Source: Bugula neritina
Lineage: Eukaryota; Animalia; Bryozoa
Length of the DNA stretch: 64,000 nt
NCBI GenBank assembly: GCA_964035545.1
Contig: OZ037765.1
Location: 20,088,995 to 20,152,994 of the forward strand
Direction: 5' to 3'
Shown: positions 38,600 to 52,559 of the stretch, piece by piece
Position numbering within the stretch: position 1 is the first letter of the stretch
Layout of the letters: each line of letters starts with the position of its first letter
The notes under the pieces: model-generated
What the model was told of the DNA's origin: nothing
What the model saw: the letters and a program-made list of their open reading frames with translations, nothing else
Databases searched by the model: none
Program-made: the position numbers and the translations under genes

Positions 38600-39105
38600 T
38601 AAACTAACTCACTATCCCTGTGAGAAACCCCTAATGGAAATGGGTTTTTAAGTGAGCTACGGACTTATTCATATGGGGCACAAGAGCAATTACGACTGAA
38701 TGCTCTTCCTAACATCACCAATGGCCTTTACTGTGGATCGAATGTGACCACGGATTATTAATCGTCTATTCACACTTACCGTATCGTACGCCGTAACAGC
38801 AAATATCAGCCATTTTTACAAATGTCTGAGACTCTGAGCTTCCTGTACGGCGTTGCGGTACGGTAGGATCAAACACTGCTTGATTCAAATAAGTTGCGGC
38901 GGACTCCTATTGGACAAAAAAACTTTTGCGTTAACTCATTGGATATAATTATCCAATGAAGTGTCATAGATCGTACCTAATAGCGGACTTTGAAAACTTC
39001 AGCCCGGACACATTAAAAATGGCTGATATTTTATGTTACGACGTACGTCACGGTAAGTGTGAATGAGGGGTTAGCCATTGCTCTAACCTTTAGAACACCA
39101 CTGCT
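38600..39105 (-). mobile_element. tRNA-derived SINE, copy 3, split by a MITE
   Basis: 38600-38761 matches the body and B box of copy 1 (AACATCACCAATGGCCTTTACTGTGGATCGAA). 39071-39105 (TTAGCCATTGCTCTAACCTTTAGAACACCACTGCT) matches its 5' head. Confidence 0.8.
38762..39070. mobile_element. PIF/Harbinger-like MITE
   Basis: Long TIRs ..ATTCACACTTACCGTATCGTACGCCGTAACAGCAAATATCAGCCATTTTTA / TAAAAATGGCTGATATTTTATGTTACGACGTACGTCACGGTAAGTGTGAAT.., flanked by TAA (38759-38761) and TTA (39071-39073). Confidence 0.8.
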
Positions 39106-40467
39106 CTCCAAGTAATTTCCATTGCATGCTTCAAGTATGCAGCTTACACAATTCTGCATTATACCACATTCTATATTTGACCTTGGAAAATCTTCGTACT
39201 TCTTGACAGCTTCATAAATAGAAGCCACATCGCCTGTTGTTGCTGCAATGTTGCTATTTTGTCACAGTGAGTTCTGCCTGGTTGTGCTTCAACAGTGGGG
39301 CAGGAGAAGATAATTCTATCTTACTATGGAAATTACTTCAAAGTCAAACAGCTTTGTAGAGCTAGCGAAGTAAGTTACCAACTGCTGCAAAACTGACTCA
39401 CTGTGAGCAACTAAGGCTCAGCAAAGAGAAGCTCATAACAAATACCTGCGATGACTTGATTGAATTTAGGCATCTAAAGTTAAAAAATAGTCACATATTG
39501 AATAGGAAATACGTTTTTGTACATGATAACAGAAATTAATGTTGAAAAATTTTGCCAGTACTTCTGGCTTTTATTTTTGTGTGACTATCTTTGATTTACA
39601 CTATAAGGTTATTACAAACATCTTGATGCTAGAGTAGCTGATCTTAAAATGTATTGAGCTCAATAGCATTACCCTCAAATAAGACAAAAGCCTCTGAATA
39701 AGTTCTTAAAAAAATTCTCAATCGTTTGAAGATGGATATTATAAAATGTATAACTGATATTGATACATACTATATATTAAATAATGAAAACATAATCAAA
39801 TTACTTCAAGTTTATACGAATAAAAGAAACCTATTTTTCTAAATTACAGAAAAAGCATTATGTCTGCAACTGGTATTTTCCAGAGTCATCTAAAATTTTC
39901 ATAAATGAGGTTCTCAATACAAAATAAAGGCCTTGTTCTGCACACTTGAGACTACAAATGAGATTACAGTTATAGATTCATATGCATGGACTTCTAATCA
40001 AAAATGTATTTACAAAGCTCTAAAGCTATCATAATCAACTTCAAGGAAAATCTAGAAAATCTCACACTTTACTCTAATAAGGATTTGTCTAAAGTCATGG
40101 AATTTACTTATTTATCATGTTATTTGATTTTTTAACTTTTTGTATGGACTGTAAACAATACTCTGCATCTTCTTTCAATTCAGTAAGCAATGCTGATCAA
40201 CCATATCTACATAGTATAAGCTTAACATAAATTGCCAAAGCACTTTGATGTGTTTTAATCATTTTTTCAAGTATTAGTATGCATTTTCATGTAGTTTATG
40301 TGTATCTGAAACAAACCTGCCTTTATGGCAATGTGGTCAATTGAAATCTCTCTAGCTATGTGCTGCATGATAAAGTTACTATTTCAGGGCAGTTTCAGCT
40401 CAGCGATTCTGCTTTTCATGTCCAGCTTGATATTATCTGCCCTCTAACCCTTTGGATGCATCTAAGG

Positions 40468-40806
40468 CAAGGGTGTCCAACCTTTTCAAGCCGAGGGCCA
40501 ATGAATGGGAATATTTCATGGCGAGGGCCACATTGTAAGCTTCAGCTTGAGCTGGGGGCCACAGCATCAGTATTTTTCAAATTATTTCAATCCAAATTCT
40601 TATAGAACATTGAACAATATGGTCTAAATAGTTACTGCAGGCTGCATGTTTTGTAGCATGTATAGAAATAAGACGCTTAAAAGGTGTTTTTCACTCTAAT
40701 TCATGTATGCATGTAAAAACTAATTGTAACTTTATGCCTTGGAGGGCCACATAAACGTGGGCTGGGGGCCACATCCGGCCCTGGGGCCGCCTGTTGGACA
40801 GCCCTG
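40468..40806. mobile_element. hAT-type MITE
   Basis: TIRs CAAGGGTGTCCAAC / GTTGGACAGCCCTG, perfect 8-bp TSD ATCTAAGG (40460-40467, 40807-40814), repeated subterminal GGGCCA motifs. Confidence 0.92.
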
Positions 40807-41019
40807 ATCTAAGGTCAGCACAAGTTAACAATAGGCGCAGCACAGATTATGGGTCACTGAGTGTGGTGTTCCTTTACACACCGTTGCATAAATCAAATCC
40901 AAACTGCGTTCAGTAGCTCTAAACTGTGCTGCATCTAGCGATTTTTCTACATTCGCAGTCCCAAGTTAAAAGCATGCAAGAAAGTCATCAACATGAGCAT
41001 GAGTGCGTTTAACGCACTA

Positions 41020-41520
41020 CTCGTTCTGATACTCATACTGCATTGTTCATGCTCAAAGTCATATCATAATTTTAGTAGTTTAGATTTTTTAGTAGTACTA
41101 AAAGTAAGTTAAAATTCACTTATTACTAATAGTAATACTATTAGCCGTAGCACTAGCAGTGCTGATTCAGTGATACTCGTACTGATAGTCATAGTGATAC
41201 TCATACTGATAGTGATTCAAATTGTAATACTCTTAGTCTTTCACTTTGTGATTAGGACATACTGATTCTTTATTCAGCATATTGACATTTGAATGCCCTC
41301 AGTAGTACTAAGATGAATGTTTGTTTGATTATGTTTGTAAAATATTATTCACTTTTTAGCAAATATTAATACTAATAGAGTAATACTAATAGGGATTAAT
41401 AATCATAATGCTCATGCTGTTAATTGTAATGAAGTTTTTTTGTGAAAAAGCCTAATCAAAACATCTAACCAGTAACTGTAAGTGTAACTGTGATCGTTTG
41501 CATGACTCATTACCTAATCA
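41020..41520. repeat. Degenerate ~6-bp periodic tract upstream of the ZNF coding exons
   Basis: e.g. agt gat act cgt act gat agt cat agt gat act cat act gat agt gat. Confidence 0.7.
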
Positions 41521-41648
41521 TTAGCTGGATAATTGTTTTACTTTCTACTGTTGGAATTATAATTATATAATAATTATATCTTTCCATCTGTCTTTCTAAT
41601 TATAGATGCTGTAAAAGTACTAAAAGTAAAAGTAAATCAAACGCAGCT

Positions 41649-43882
41649 ATGGATTTGCCAAGTAAGTCTGATCATTCTCTATTACCAGTGCAGATTATAT
41701 GCTTATTTATAGTGTTCCATAAAATACCTTCATGTTGAAAACATTTCAATTATTTCTACAACTCGGTAATCAGACTGAGATAATTGCTTGCTATGCTTTT
41801 ACTCGGTATTCTAATTGTGTTGCCTGTGATTTTTTTTCAACTCTAATGTCTCTTCAGCTGAATGTTTAAAGTTACAATCTTATTTTATTGTATTGGATAT
41901 AATCACAGTGAAGTTGTATTCTCAAGGCTATTATTTTACTTTTAGAGATTATCTTATACAGCATAAAGATTTTTTATCGCTGCTTGTAATAAAACAATAT
42001 TAACTCACTGCATAAATCATTATAATTGTTTCAGTAATGATATCTTTAATAAAATAGTTGTTCCTTTATTTTTATATGGAAAGAGGTGAAGCTGGAACCC
42101 TCACTTCATATGAATGCATCAAGTGACGAACTTTTTTATCCAGGATATACAGGTGGGCATTATCTACAAACTCAGTTCAACCTTCATAAATGCTTTTTAT
42201 TTGTATGTGTTTAAAATTGTAATTTTTTTCTATATTATGATGAAAAAGATGATACAGTTTTATCTTCTGTTTACAAGTTAAATAAAGCATAAGCAAGTTA
42301 TTGTTTATAAAAAGAAGATACACGTTTTCACTCTGGTAACTCACTGTCCCATGTATCTTACTGACAGTATAAAATCTAATTGTTATAGTTTCTCTAATTT
42401 TTAGGTGTGTTTTAGTCAAAATGTGTTTTAATGCAGTACACTCTGTGCTTTTTAACTTATTGATAAAAAGTCGCATTTTGACAGTTTGTGTTACCATCTC
42501 CTTTCTCGTTATGGTATTTCCAATGCAGAATGTCACACCAAGTAGATATAATACTTGTATACATTGCGTTGTATGTATATATATTAGTAGAAAGAGTGGA
42601 GGCTGTACCAGGATCTAGTAATGTGTGTAATATGAAAGTTGAAGAACCGAATGGTTAGTAGTCTTGTATGTTTATATATTTTTTTCTAATGTCTAGTGAA
42701 GTTTTTCTTATTTTCCTTGTTTATAATGAAAAGTAACAGTATAATATACCGATCAAATAAATAATAAATACTTTCCTACCTGAGAAAAGTAATAAATGTA
42801 GAAAGATGCTTGTAGTCGTTACTTATGCATGTCTATCTTTGACTTAGATATCAAAGTAGAGTATTACGAGTGTGACAGAGGAGCAGACAACTCCAATCCA
42901 GTGACATTGTCTGGTAGTCATGAGGGAGTTGTTGAGAGAGGTAATAGTTATACATGTATCTTTAGACATTCTATGTAGATGTGAGGCTCTATAAGACAAT
43001 CTATGTTGACAAACATTCAACTTCTATCAATGCAAATCCATGTCTTGAAAAGTGAAGTTTTCTGACTCATAATTGTTTTATAAATAAAGTCAAAGCTGAA
43101 GCTGCACTGCATGACTAAGGTGAAGATGAAGTTTAATTGCATGGTATTTGTTCTCCCACTCCTTATGATTTGCAGGAAAAAGGCGATGCATTGAGAGAAA
43201 TAGAAGAACGCAAAGAACTAACTTGAATTTCTGCGTAAAGAGTCTTGATGGAGGGAAATCATATCAATGTCCTTATTGTGACAAAAACATTATTCGAAAA
43301 TCTAACTTAGTTCAGCACATGAGAACTCACGCAAAGAAACCAAGACCATATACAAAGGAGCAGCTCTATCAGTGTGGTATTTGTGGTCAAAAATTTTCTT
43401 GGAAACATGGTCTAGATTGTCACATGAAGCTTCATACAGGAGAAAAGCTGTTTCAATGTGATATATGTGGCCGGAAATTTACCCAGAAAAGTAGCCGAGA
43501 TTCCCACATACAAACTCATACTGGAGAAAGGTTGTTTCAATGTGACATTTGTGATAGTAAATTTATTCAGAAAACTAACCTAACTGCTCACATGAAAATA
43601 CATCATGAAGAAAAGCAGTTCCGGTGTACTGAATGTAAATATGAAACTAGATGGAGAAGTGGTATAATTGTTCACCTAAGAATCCATACAGGAGAAAAGC
43701 CATATCAGTGTAATATTTGCTATCGCAAATTTTCTCAGAAGTCTAGCTTAACTCTCCACATAAGAACTCACACAGGGGAAAAACCGTTCAAGTGTACTGA
43801 ATGCGAATATAAAGCTGCCTGTAGAGGTAGTATAAAATCTCACATGAGAACTCATACTAAAGAAAAACCCATTTCGATATAA
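41649..43882 (+). CDS. C2H2 zinc-finger protein (7 fingers)
   Basis: Last exon 43176-43882 has seven CxxC-x12-HxxxH fingers with TGEKP-type linkers. Phase-consistent upstream exons 41649-41661 (MDLP) and ~42849-42941 (IKVEYYEC...). The 5' exons are less certain. Confidence 0.9.
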
Positions 43883-45571
43883 TTAATGGGCTCATAAGTT
43901 CTAATGACTACTTTAACTTTTCATATAAGCGTTCATAATTGTGAGTACTATCACTGTTGAAAAAAATTGCTTTTAGATTGAATTAATAAATTGTAAGTAA
44001 TAAAAATGATGTCTAGTTTCTTCTATAGTAATTCTCACAATACCTGATCAGTATACTGCATCTAATAGATGTAGTTGTGTTATCTCACATGACATCAAAA
44101 CTTACAAATGAAAACCTTCTATCAATACACTCGGTATAGGCTTAAATCACAGATGTCCTAGTTAAACAGCTAGAAACTCAGAGGCACCTGATAAATGTAC
44201 TGATAATCATGTCTAGATGCCTACAGAACACAGTTTACTTTAAAATGCTTAATTCTACTGAATGTTATGTAATAATTAGGCTCCCTGTACTATGTTGTTG
44301 TTCTATTTTTCAATCTGAAGAAACTTGTTGAAATAATGTGTCATGTGTCGAACAGCTAACATAGCGGATGCAGCTTCCAAGCTTGTTTAGGCTGACCCAA
44401 ATTAAGCTACAGAGATGTTTTCAGCGCTTGACCCAGCTTTAAACACTTGGGGATGTACACATATACATAGCCATAAGCCCATAACTTATTTGAAATTCAA
44501 CAAAAATTTATACAAGCAGGCTGCAGCTGATAAAAGTTCTTTCAACTAACTCGAACAGTATAAATGTTTTAGGCAAGCTAGAGATACTATTATATCAAGC
44601 CCAAATTGTTTTGCCCATCACCCTAGGTTACAACATGAGCATATCTACACTCATGGTTTCATTTTAGCTATAAACCCGAACCTGCGCTGCATGAGGAATG
44701 TGATGATGAAACTGAACTACAAGATATTGCTGCAGCAGTCGCCCTACTAGTAGTGTCGAGGAAACTGAACAAAACTTGAGCACTGGCAGAAATACACTTT
44801 AGTTAGCTGGCAGAAATATGCTTCAGCACAACATAACTTGTGAAATACAGAAGTAAGAATTATAAGCTACAACATAGACAGAACATTTCAATTGCAGCGT
44901 TCACTGTATAATACGATAATGGAAATGTAGTGATAGAGTTCACTGTAGCTATATGTTCCTGCAACTTATAACATTATAACATCATTTGAATAGTATATTT
45001 ATTTGTGAATAAATAAATATGCTATTTGAATGAATAGCCTGGTCACTCTCTGACAGCCTTCATCAAATCTCCCCTGGCATACACCCGATAGTTATTGGTA
45101 CTCGCATCAATTATATTTGTTTCAGAGTTGGCAAATATTGTCAGACTAACTCTCATAATTCTTCTGTATATTTATGACAAGATGCCTCAAAAGTGGCTAA
45201 CTACAGATTTGTATACCCTTACCAGTTACCATACTCACTTCTGATTGTTAAACTTAGTTTTATTGGAAACAAAACGCAAATGTGTGTATATGTATTTATA
45301 TTAAATTGAATATTTAGTATGCTTGAACCACAATCAAGATAATGTAAAACACAGAGGGGAATGTAACTCCAATATGAAATCATTTTGCAGTTGTATGCTA
45401 AGCAGAGTAAAAATAAAACATTAAATAAATAAAGATTAAAACTGTATACGTGATCTTGAAAATATATTTAATTACAACAGCCTTATCATATGTCTATAGA
45501 AATATATTGAAAGAAACCTTTAAAACGCCAGTATAACTTATAACCCAGCTTCTAATAATTTCACTCAGTAG

Positions 45572-48500
45572 TTAAGCTTTCATAAGTGCAGACACAACTG
45601 CTCGGGCATTCAGTGTTTTCAGATCGGTGTATGTTTGTCCTGTACCAACGAAGACGATAGGCTGGCCAGTAATATAGGTCATTGATATAGCCGCTCCCAC
45701 CTACAACAACCGCACATTATTTGCTACATAACAGACCTTTTTCAACAAATTTCATAAAGTAATTAGATATAATCAATGTATCAGGCATCAGTTTTATATC
45801 CAGTCAACTTCTAGCAGGGTTACAGTAAAGACATTAATTTTTGAGACAAATTCGTGTTGCTCAAAAGATGCTAGTGAGAATGCACTCAAAGCACATTGAA
45901 TTTTTTTAAAAATGTTGTTTTGCAGCAAATGAAAACTGGAAGTCGTTATCAGCCGAGACATGTATGAAAACACTAACAACTGTAGCCACGTATGGGCAAC
46001 ATGTTTAGCTCTCACCTTATCATCAATAGTGTCGAACTTTGTCAACACAATGCCGTCAATGAGATGGGGGTTGTCTTGTTGAGAATGATCAGCCAGAGCC
46101 TGGTTGAACTTTACCAGCTGATCCACCGCTTCATTCCCTACCAGAGCTTCTCCAACAAACAGAACTAGATCCGGCTGGTTGACCTTGATCAGCTACAATT
46201 ATTCAGCACATAGGTGTTCAATACATGTACTTATAAGTAGTGAAATAAATCCATACCTTTTTCATTGCAAAATAAAACCTTAAAAACTTGTGCTTTTCGT
46301 GGCTTAAATCAATAAAAGTAGTCCGGAGTCTTCTTAGAGCAGCCACTACTTTTATCACTAACAACATCAAACATGGTTAAGCACCATGAGGAGGGTGTTA
46401 CAATTTCTTTACCAAGCAATTATACAGTGATTATTAGACAATAGGTTGTATATTACATTGAAACACAACTCCCGGTTCCATCTATTACAGAGTCGCTAAA
46501 TACTGTTGTTTGTAGAACTAAACATTATTTGTGCTAAAATTAACTAACCTTAGCAAGGGATCTCATCAGTGGCTCATTATCCTGCATTCTACCTGCGGTA
46601 TCTATCAAGACTACATCAATTTTCATGTCTCGAGCTGCAATACAACATATGCAATAAACTTGCAAAATAAAACCACTAAAGGCCCTACTTGTCACATATT
46701 TTCTTCGATTATATCTACGTGAAACAGAACTTACAAATGTTTGTTAATGTATGCAGGTAAAAATTTTACTCCCATTGATCATAAGACATCAAACAAAATT
46801 AATAATTACTTTTATTTTTGCAACCATAGATGATAAAAAATAGATAAATCAAAAATTAAACTTATTTTTCAATCATTGAGTATCACTGTGTTCACATAAA
46901 AATATTGTGCTTGGAGCATTAAAACTTTTTATTTTTGTCACATTTTACTAGCTCACCATAATAATTAGCATGCAATAGCATAAACACCACCATGACATGA
47001 GCAAACAATACCTTAACCCAGAATAATAACATATTGCCTGCTAAGACTAGACTATTGCAAAGCCCACATCGGCACAATAATATAATCATACTGCAGGCGT
47101 ATTGTGAGAGGGCAAAGTGAAGCATACCATGTGTAATAGCAGACAGGGCTACAGAGGCCGCATCTTTGTCATATCCTTTATCAAACAGCTGCACCATTTG
47201 TTTGCCGTCGTGGATGGTGTTCAGCTTACGAGTGTGAGTTCGCAGCTGCTCTACAGCACCAGCTCTAAACGTATCACATGCAGCTATCATCACTTTCATT
47301 CCATTCTCAATTAGCCAGAATGCAACCTGCAGATACAAGAAACAAACATGATGTCACTCACCAGAGCTATATACAGAGAATAGGAATATCATAGACCGAA
47401 TATTTATATAATTTTTATTTTACTTGTGTGTATGGGCGCATACAAAATTAAAATGAGTATGCTGATTGCAGCTTTTTACCTAAATAGAAAAATAGAAAAC
47501 CTACAGCGCAGCCTTGACAGCAAGGAGTTGTGTTCTCAATTGATTACTTTTGAATAGATATATTAATATTAAGTATCGTAATTCCAATCAACAACACCCA
47601 GAATAATACCCAAAAATAGTGTGGATAGACTAAACAATATCAATATGCTTGAACAGATCGAGGTCTTTAAACTTGAGATTGTACACAAGTATACAGCTCA
47701 TCTACTACTGAATGATTTCTATTACGTTGTCACAACCAACTAGCAAACCTACCTTGGATAGGTTAGTTGATTTCCCAACACCATTGACTCCACAGAAGGT
47801 AATACAATATGGCTGGCCACGCTGTCGAGCATCCATTGCATCTCTAAGGATATCAATTCGTCTCTTTGGAGAAAGGATTTGCACACAAGATTCCTGAAGA
47901 GTAGACTTGACCGTAGCGGCAACTCCTAGAAATGAGTTATTAGTTAAAATAGCTTATTGATCTCAGTCTAATAATAAATACCAGTATTGATGAATGTATG
48001 TCTGGTGGATGACTCACCACTGAAAGTGCTCAGAACTTTTCCCTCCAGTTTAGTAGCCACAGAGTCGCAAAGTTTCCCGGCAATATCAGAGGCCACATTT
48101 TTAGCTGCAAGTATTCAGTTGACAAGCAGTTAAAACAATAATTGAAAACTTAGTCTAATGAGCAACTATCATAGATAAGAGACGGCCAACAGATCTTTTA
48201 AGATTCAACACAATATTGTTTACTATAACCGAGTCAATGATGGAGCTTGGTAAAAGACTGACCAATCAGATGATCTCTCATCTTCTCCAGAGCTGGTGCA
48301 ACAGATTCCTTGGTGAGTGTCTTACTCATTGATAGAGACTTGAAGATACTGAACAGCCCCCCTGACTTGCTTGCATCACTGCGTGTAGTAAGAAGAGAAC
48401 ATTATAACATGTGATACACCATATATATTGCACTGTAATCATTTTAGGCAACCAATTAAAAACCTGTCCGTGACCTAGCACACTTTTGTATTGAAAAAGC

Positions 48501-51500
48501 TTGAAATGTACACATCCTAGCAGTATAAATAAATATGCATTAGGAAAAATTTCCATATTATGAGGGAGAAAAGAGAATTTAATGAATAAATATGTAAAGT
48601 TGAATAATAGTTTAATTACACTGTGCTAAAATATTGGTGTCTTCTTATGTAGCAGCATGTATTTTTATAATGTGTGTAACAATACATCGATTACAATCTG
48701 CAAATCTCAAGTTTTATAAGGTTAGAAAAAAACTGTTAGATATTAGCAGGTTAACACATGAACCTGACAGCATGGTGCCCAGCTGCTGACAGAATTACCT
48801 GGGAGAGTCAGCAGCAGCTTCTCCCTCGACCTCTTCATCTTCAGACTCTGCTTCTAGATCTCTCAGAGCACCTGATGCTTGACCTCTAAGCTTCATCTAC
48901 CAAAAACATATCTCAACTTACAGTTTCGAGTATGGCACAATAGCTAAATGCTACAATGCAAAAAAGCATTATACCATAAGTTGTTCGGATGTTGAGGCAT
49001 TTATATGAACACGCAGGAATGTAGGTTTTACGGTTCAAGTAGAAATATTCACATTAAAGAAGTGCGAGTGGCTACACACCTCACTTGCGGTCACATTCAC
49101 TTTATCTTTATCCTCAGCAGTGTTGAAGACATCTAGAGCTGCTGCATCTTTATTATTTCCTCCCAGATCCCACTTTCTTCCTTCCTTACCTTTCTTTGCT
49201 GGCGGAGCATTGGGTTTGGCAGCTGGTCTATACAATATATAATGTAAATTAGTCCAGAGCAGCACATTGAACGTACTACCGGCATTGACAATCTGCTTAA
49301 ATCTCAATTCTGTTACTAAAAATAGCATCTTAATTTATGACAGAAGCGAGAACAGGGACAGCAATTTGGTAGAAAAACATAAAAAATATATGACTTTTTG
49401 CAACCTCAGCTCAGCAGTAAACTGATTCAAGAAATATACTATCATATGATCACTCAACTGGCATTCTAAGCAACTTATCGTTTAGATGTAACCTCTGGGA
49501 AATAGTAATGAGTTATATACACGAAGTACTCACGTCTTAGACTTGCCTTTACCCATTTGTTTGGCAATAAACTTCTTCCGGTTAGCCTCGACTGAATCAA
49601 CTTCCTCTGCAGCCGGACTCTCATTGCCCGAGCTCCCACTTGTCACAGACTCTTCTATAATTACAGCAAACTAGAAACTTTGTATTTAGGAAACTGGAGC
49701 TAAAATAATATAGCCTATAAACAAAAGGTGTCAACATTCTTGTAAAGAATATGTTAATAATGAATAATTAATTTTCCATCACTAGGATGTTATACGTAAT
49801 AGTTTCCACAAGACATCTCATCACATACTATGCTACTGCTACTGTATGTGATGGTTAATGTCCGTTCTACAGAGTGAATCAGCACAATTTAGTTCTATTA
49901 GTTAAACCACAAAAAGTAGATTTTGATTGAACAGTGTAAAAGAATTATCAAAATAAAATTGAAGTATGGCCACAACATGTGACTATTGTTTTTGAAGCAG
50001 CTTTACAAGAGCAATTCAGTGGAATATGTAAAGTAATTCAGGATTTAAAATCTTTTAAACCAAACTCACCATTTACATTTTCAAGCTATTCTATGCTATT
50101 AGAATTACACTAAGATGGCTTAAACTATAGACCACAATAACATTAAACTTAAGACTTTCTATGATTTATTTTTAACAATATAGCCATTTATTATTTGGGG
50201 CATTCTCAGAATAATATACTATCCCACAATGCCTACACAGTATGTTTAAGAACAAATCAACCCAAAAGTTAATGACCCTCTACAACTTTACCATAAAGAT
50301 ACCTGCAAGCTTGGTTTCATTTAAATTTGGACTTGGTAATTGGTTTTCTTTTCCTTTGGCACTTTTCTTTTGACTAGATGATTTCTCAGATACCTTTTTA
50401 TTAGGATTAATAATCATGGACCCGACAGTTTTCTGAGATTTAGCTGACTGGTCCCACGTTCTCATCTCTCTGGAAAACACAGAAAAAGGAGCTCAGAGCA
50501 AAACCACTGCTATTGTGATTTATTAATTGATAGCCTCTAGTAGAAAATAATATAATCTAGAAAAATAAAAGAACTGTGCATGATATTAAGGCGTAATAAA
50601 CGCCTAAAGAAGTGTACAAGAACTGAAGCTATTGAGTGGTAGTACATTGCTGTCACAGAATAGCATTTCTCACTCAAGTACCTCAGGACCCTGGTTCTTT
50701 TGCAACAACTTTTTCCAAATAATTTCTCCACCTAGATCTAGAGGTGTAACGATATTGATAATTTTACTGCATATAGTTTCAAATAACCACAGAGTCTACA
50801 ATGATGTAAGAATTCTATACCTCGGCTTGGAAGCCCGCACCCGATCTTCCAGCTCTATAGCCTTCAACGTTTGTTGGAAATCATCAGTGAAATTGAAAGA
50901 GCGGTATATGTTGTTAGCTTGAAGGTCGCTCTTATACTTGTCTCGAAACTCACGCTGGATGTCTGTTAACAGCTTATCAACATAGGACAATGCCAGATCT
51001 GCTTGATAGGCCACCTGTTGTATATTATGTTCAGCGAGGCATAAAATAACAAATCAGCTGTCAAAAATAGTCTAAAAAACAGTTTAGTTATTTTAAAGCT
51101 TGCATAACTTTATAATGTATTGAAGTTAATGCCAAATAAAAGAATACACAAAAAACCACTTTTTTACATAATCTATGTAAGTAATGGCAGTTTGTTTAAA
51201 AGAAAGATCTTTCAAAAACAAAATATAAACAATAAACTATAATTAAAACTCGTAAAGCAACTGTTGCAACTCACCACAAACACCAATTCAAACTCATTAT
51301 CAAGTCTATACTTTAGAGCAAGCTTATCATGTTTGAATAGAGAGCTCCCTGTTTTTTCCTAAAATAGTCATAGGCCTATATTAGCACAGTAATAGCAGAG
51401 CCATGTATCTGGGGTCTTTTAGTTCAATTTGAGTGTTACTATTGCTGAGTCGACTACTAGTTAAAACAGTAATTTAGTTATGCTCAATCTAAAAACCTCA

Positions 51501-52302
51501 TATTTACAAATAGTGGTTCTTGTCTCATCTGCCAATGTCAAGCTGCACGTAATGATGACCAACATTTGCTGCTGAACTAGAGGAAACTGTAGCCTAGGAG
51601 CTGAATTATAGACACTCATTAAGCAGATTAAAAATGACAAATGGCATCTAATTACAATGGTTTCTGGGTTAAATAAAAAAATCAAAATTTGAATCAATAT
51701 GCCAGAGTGTAGAGTGAAAAACTAGAATTAAGATTTAACACACAATAACTATAAGAAACAAGTATTAGGTGAAGTTTCCATTCTAAAGTTATTTGTCAAG
51801 AGCAAATTGTATTAATTAACTAGGCTAATAAACTAAAAATAAGAAAATTTCTATTTAGCTTTAAGACAAATAGTTGATAGCATCACTGTAAAATTATAAA
51901 ATTCATCAAGAAAAGTTCGAGTTACATATTAATAACTTAAAGTTAAAGTATTAGAATTACCTAAAGTATAACTATAAGTATTACACTTACTAGTTAGCGC
52001 GTTATTTTAATAACACTATCATTGCATTTAATTTTATTATAATGATATTTAATTTTATAAATAATAATAATCACAAATCATGTTAATATTCTTTTTAATT
52101 CATTAAATCTAATTAACTTTAAGTAATTATTATAAAATTAAATATAATGATAATCATTATGATTAGCTTGAACTTCAATTTTTACCTGTAAAATAACATC
52201 CTTTACTAGAGCGTTCACGGGTACTGTCAACAACTGTGATGCACCTTGAAACCACCATAAAACAATGCCACCTTTGCTAAAAATTACAAAAAGTTCAAGC
52301 AT
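45572..52302 (-). CDS. SRPRA: Signal recognition particle receptor subunit alpha
   Basis: N-terminal SRX-type start [20 protein letters not shown]. GTPase motifs [57 protein letters not shown]. Ends ...VVSALMKA*. Confidence 0.97.
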
Positions 52303-52309
52303 TTTAAAG

Positions 52310-52550
52310 AGCGCAATAATATTTTTCCCTTCTTACAATCTAAACTTCGCAATAAACTAAATCGTGTACAGTGGATTTCCCCTATATGATATATGATCAC
52401 GATGTTAACAAGATGTAGCTGGTGATTGGTGAGATGCGCCACGTACATTTTTCCTTTCAGCTTTAGCACATTGCGATTTGTTTAGCATATAGTTTTGCGG
52501 ATGGAAAGTGATTTATTCAACTTCCTTAAATTTCCATGGCGGGTGATCGA
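52310..52550. promoter_or_regulatory. Inferred SRPRA/UBE2I divergent promoter
   Basis: CpG-containing patch directly upstream of the SRPRA ATG, with GGAAGTG-like and CCATGGCGG (YY1-like, ~52534) motifs. Flanked on both sides by periodic tracts. Confidence 0.5.
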
Positions 52551-52559
52551 TTATTCAAT

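Noticed and set aside
42177-42618. ORFs of 119 aa (-) and 65 aa (+) in the ZNF intron
   Set aside because: AT-rich chance ORFs with no motifs or supporting splice context.
44340-44800. Protein-like, GC-richer stretch between ZNF and SRPRA (possible transposon relic)
   Set aside because: All frames are interrupted, with no recognisable motif, TIR or TSD.
45040-45240. Short minus-strand ORF/exon downstream of the SRPRA stop
   Set aside because: About 40 codons with no homology recognised; cannot be distinguished from 3' UTR or intergenic sequence.
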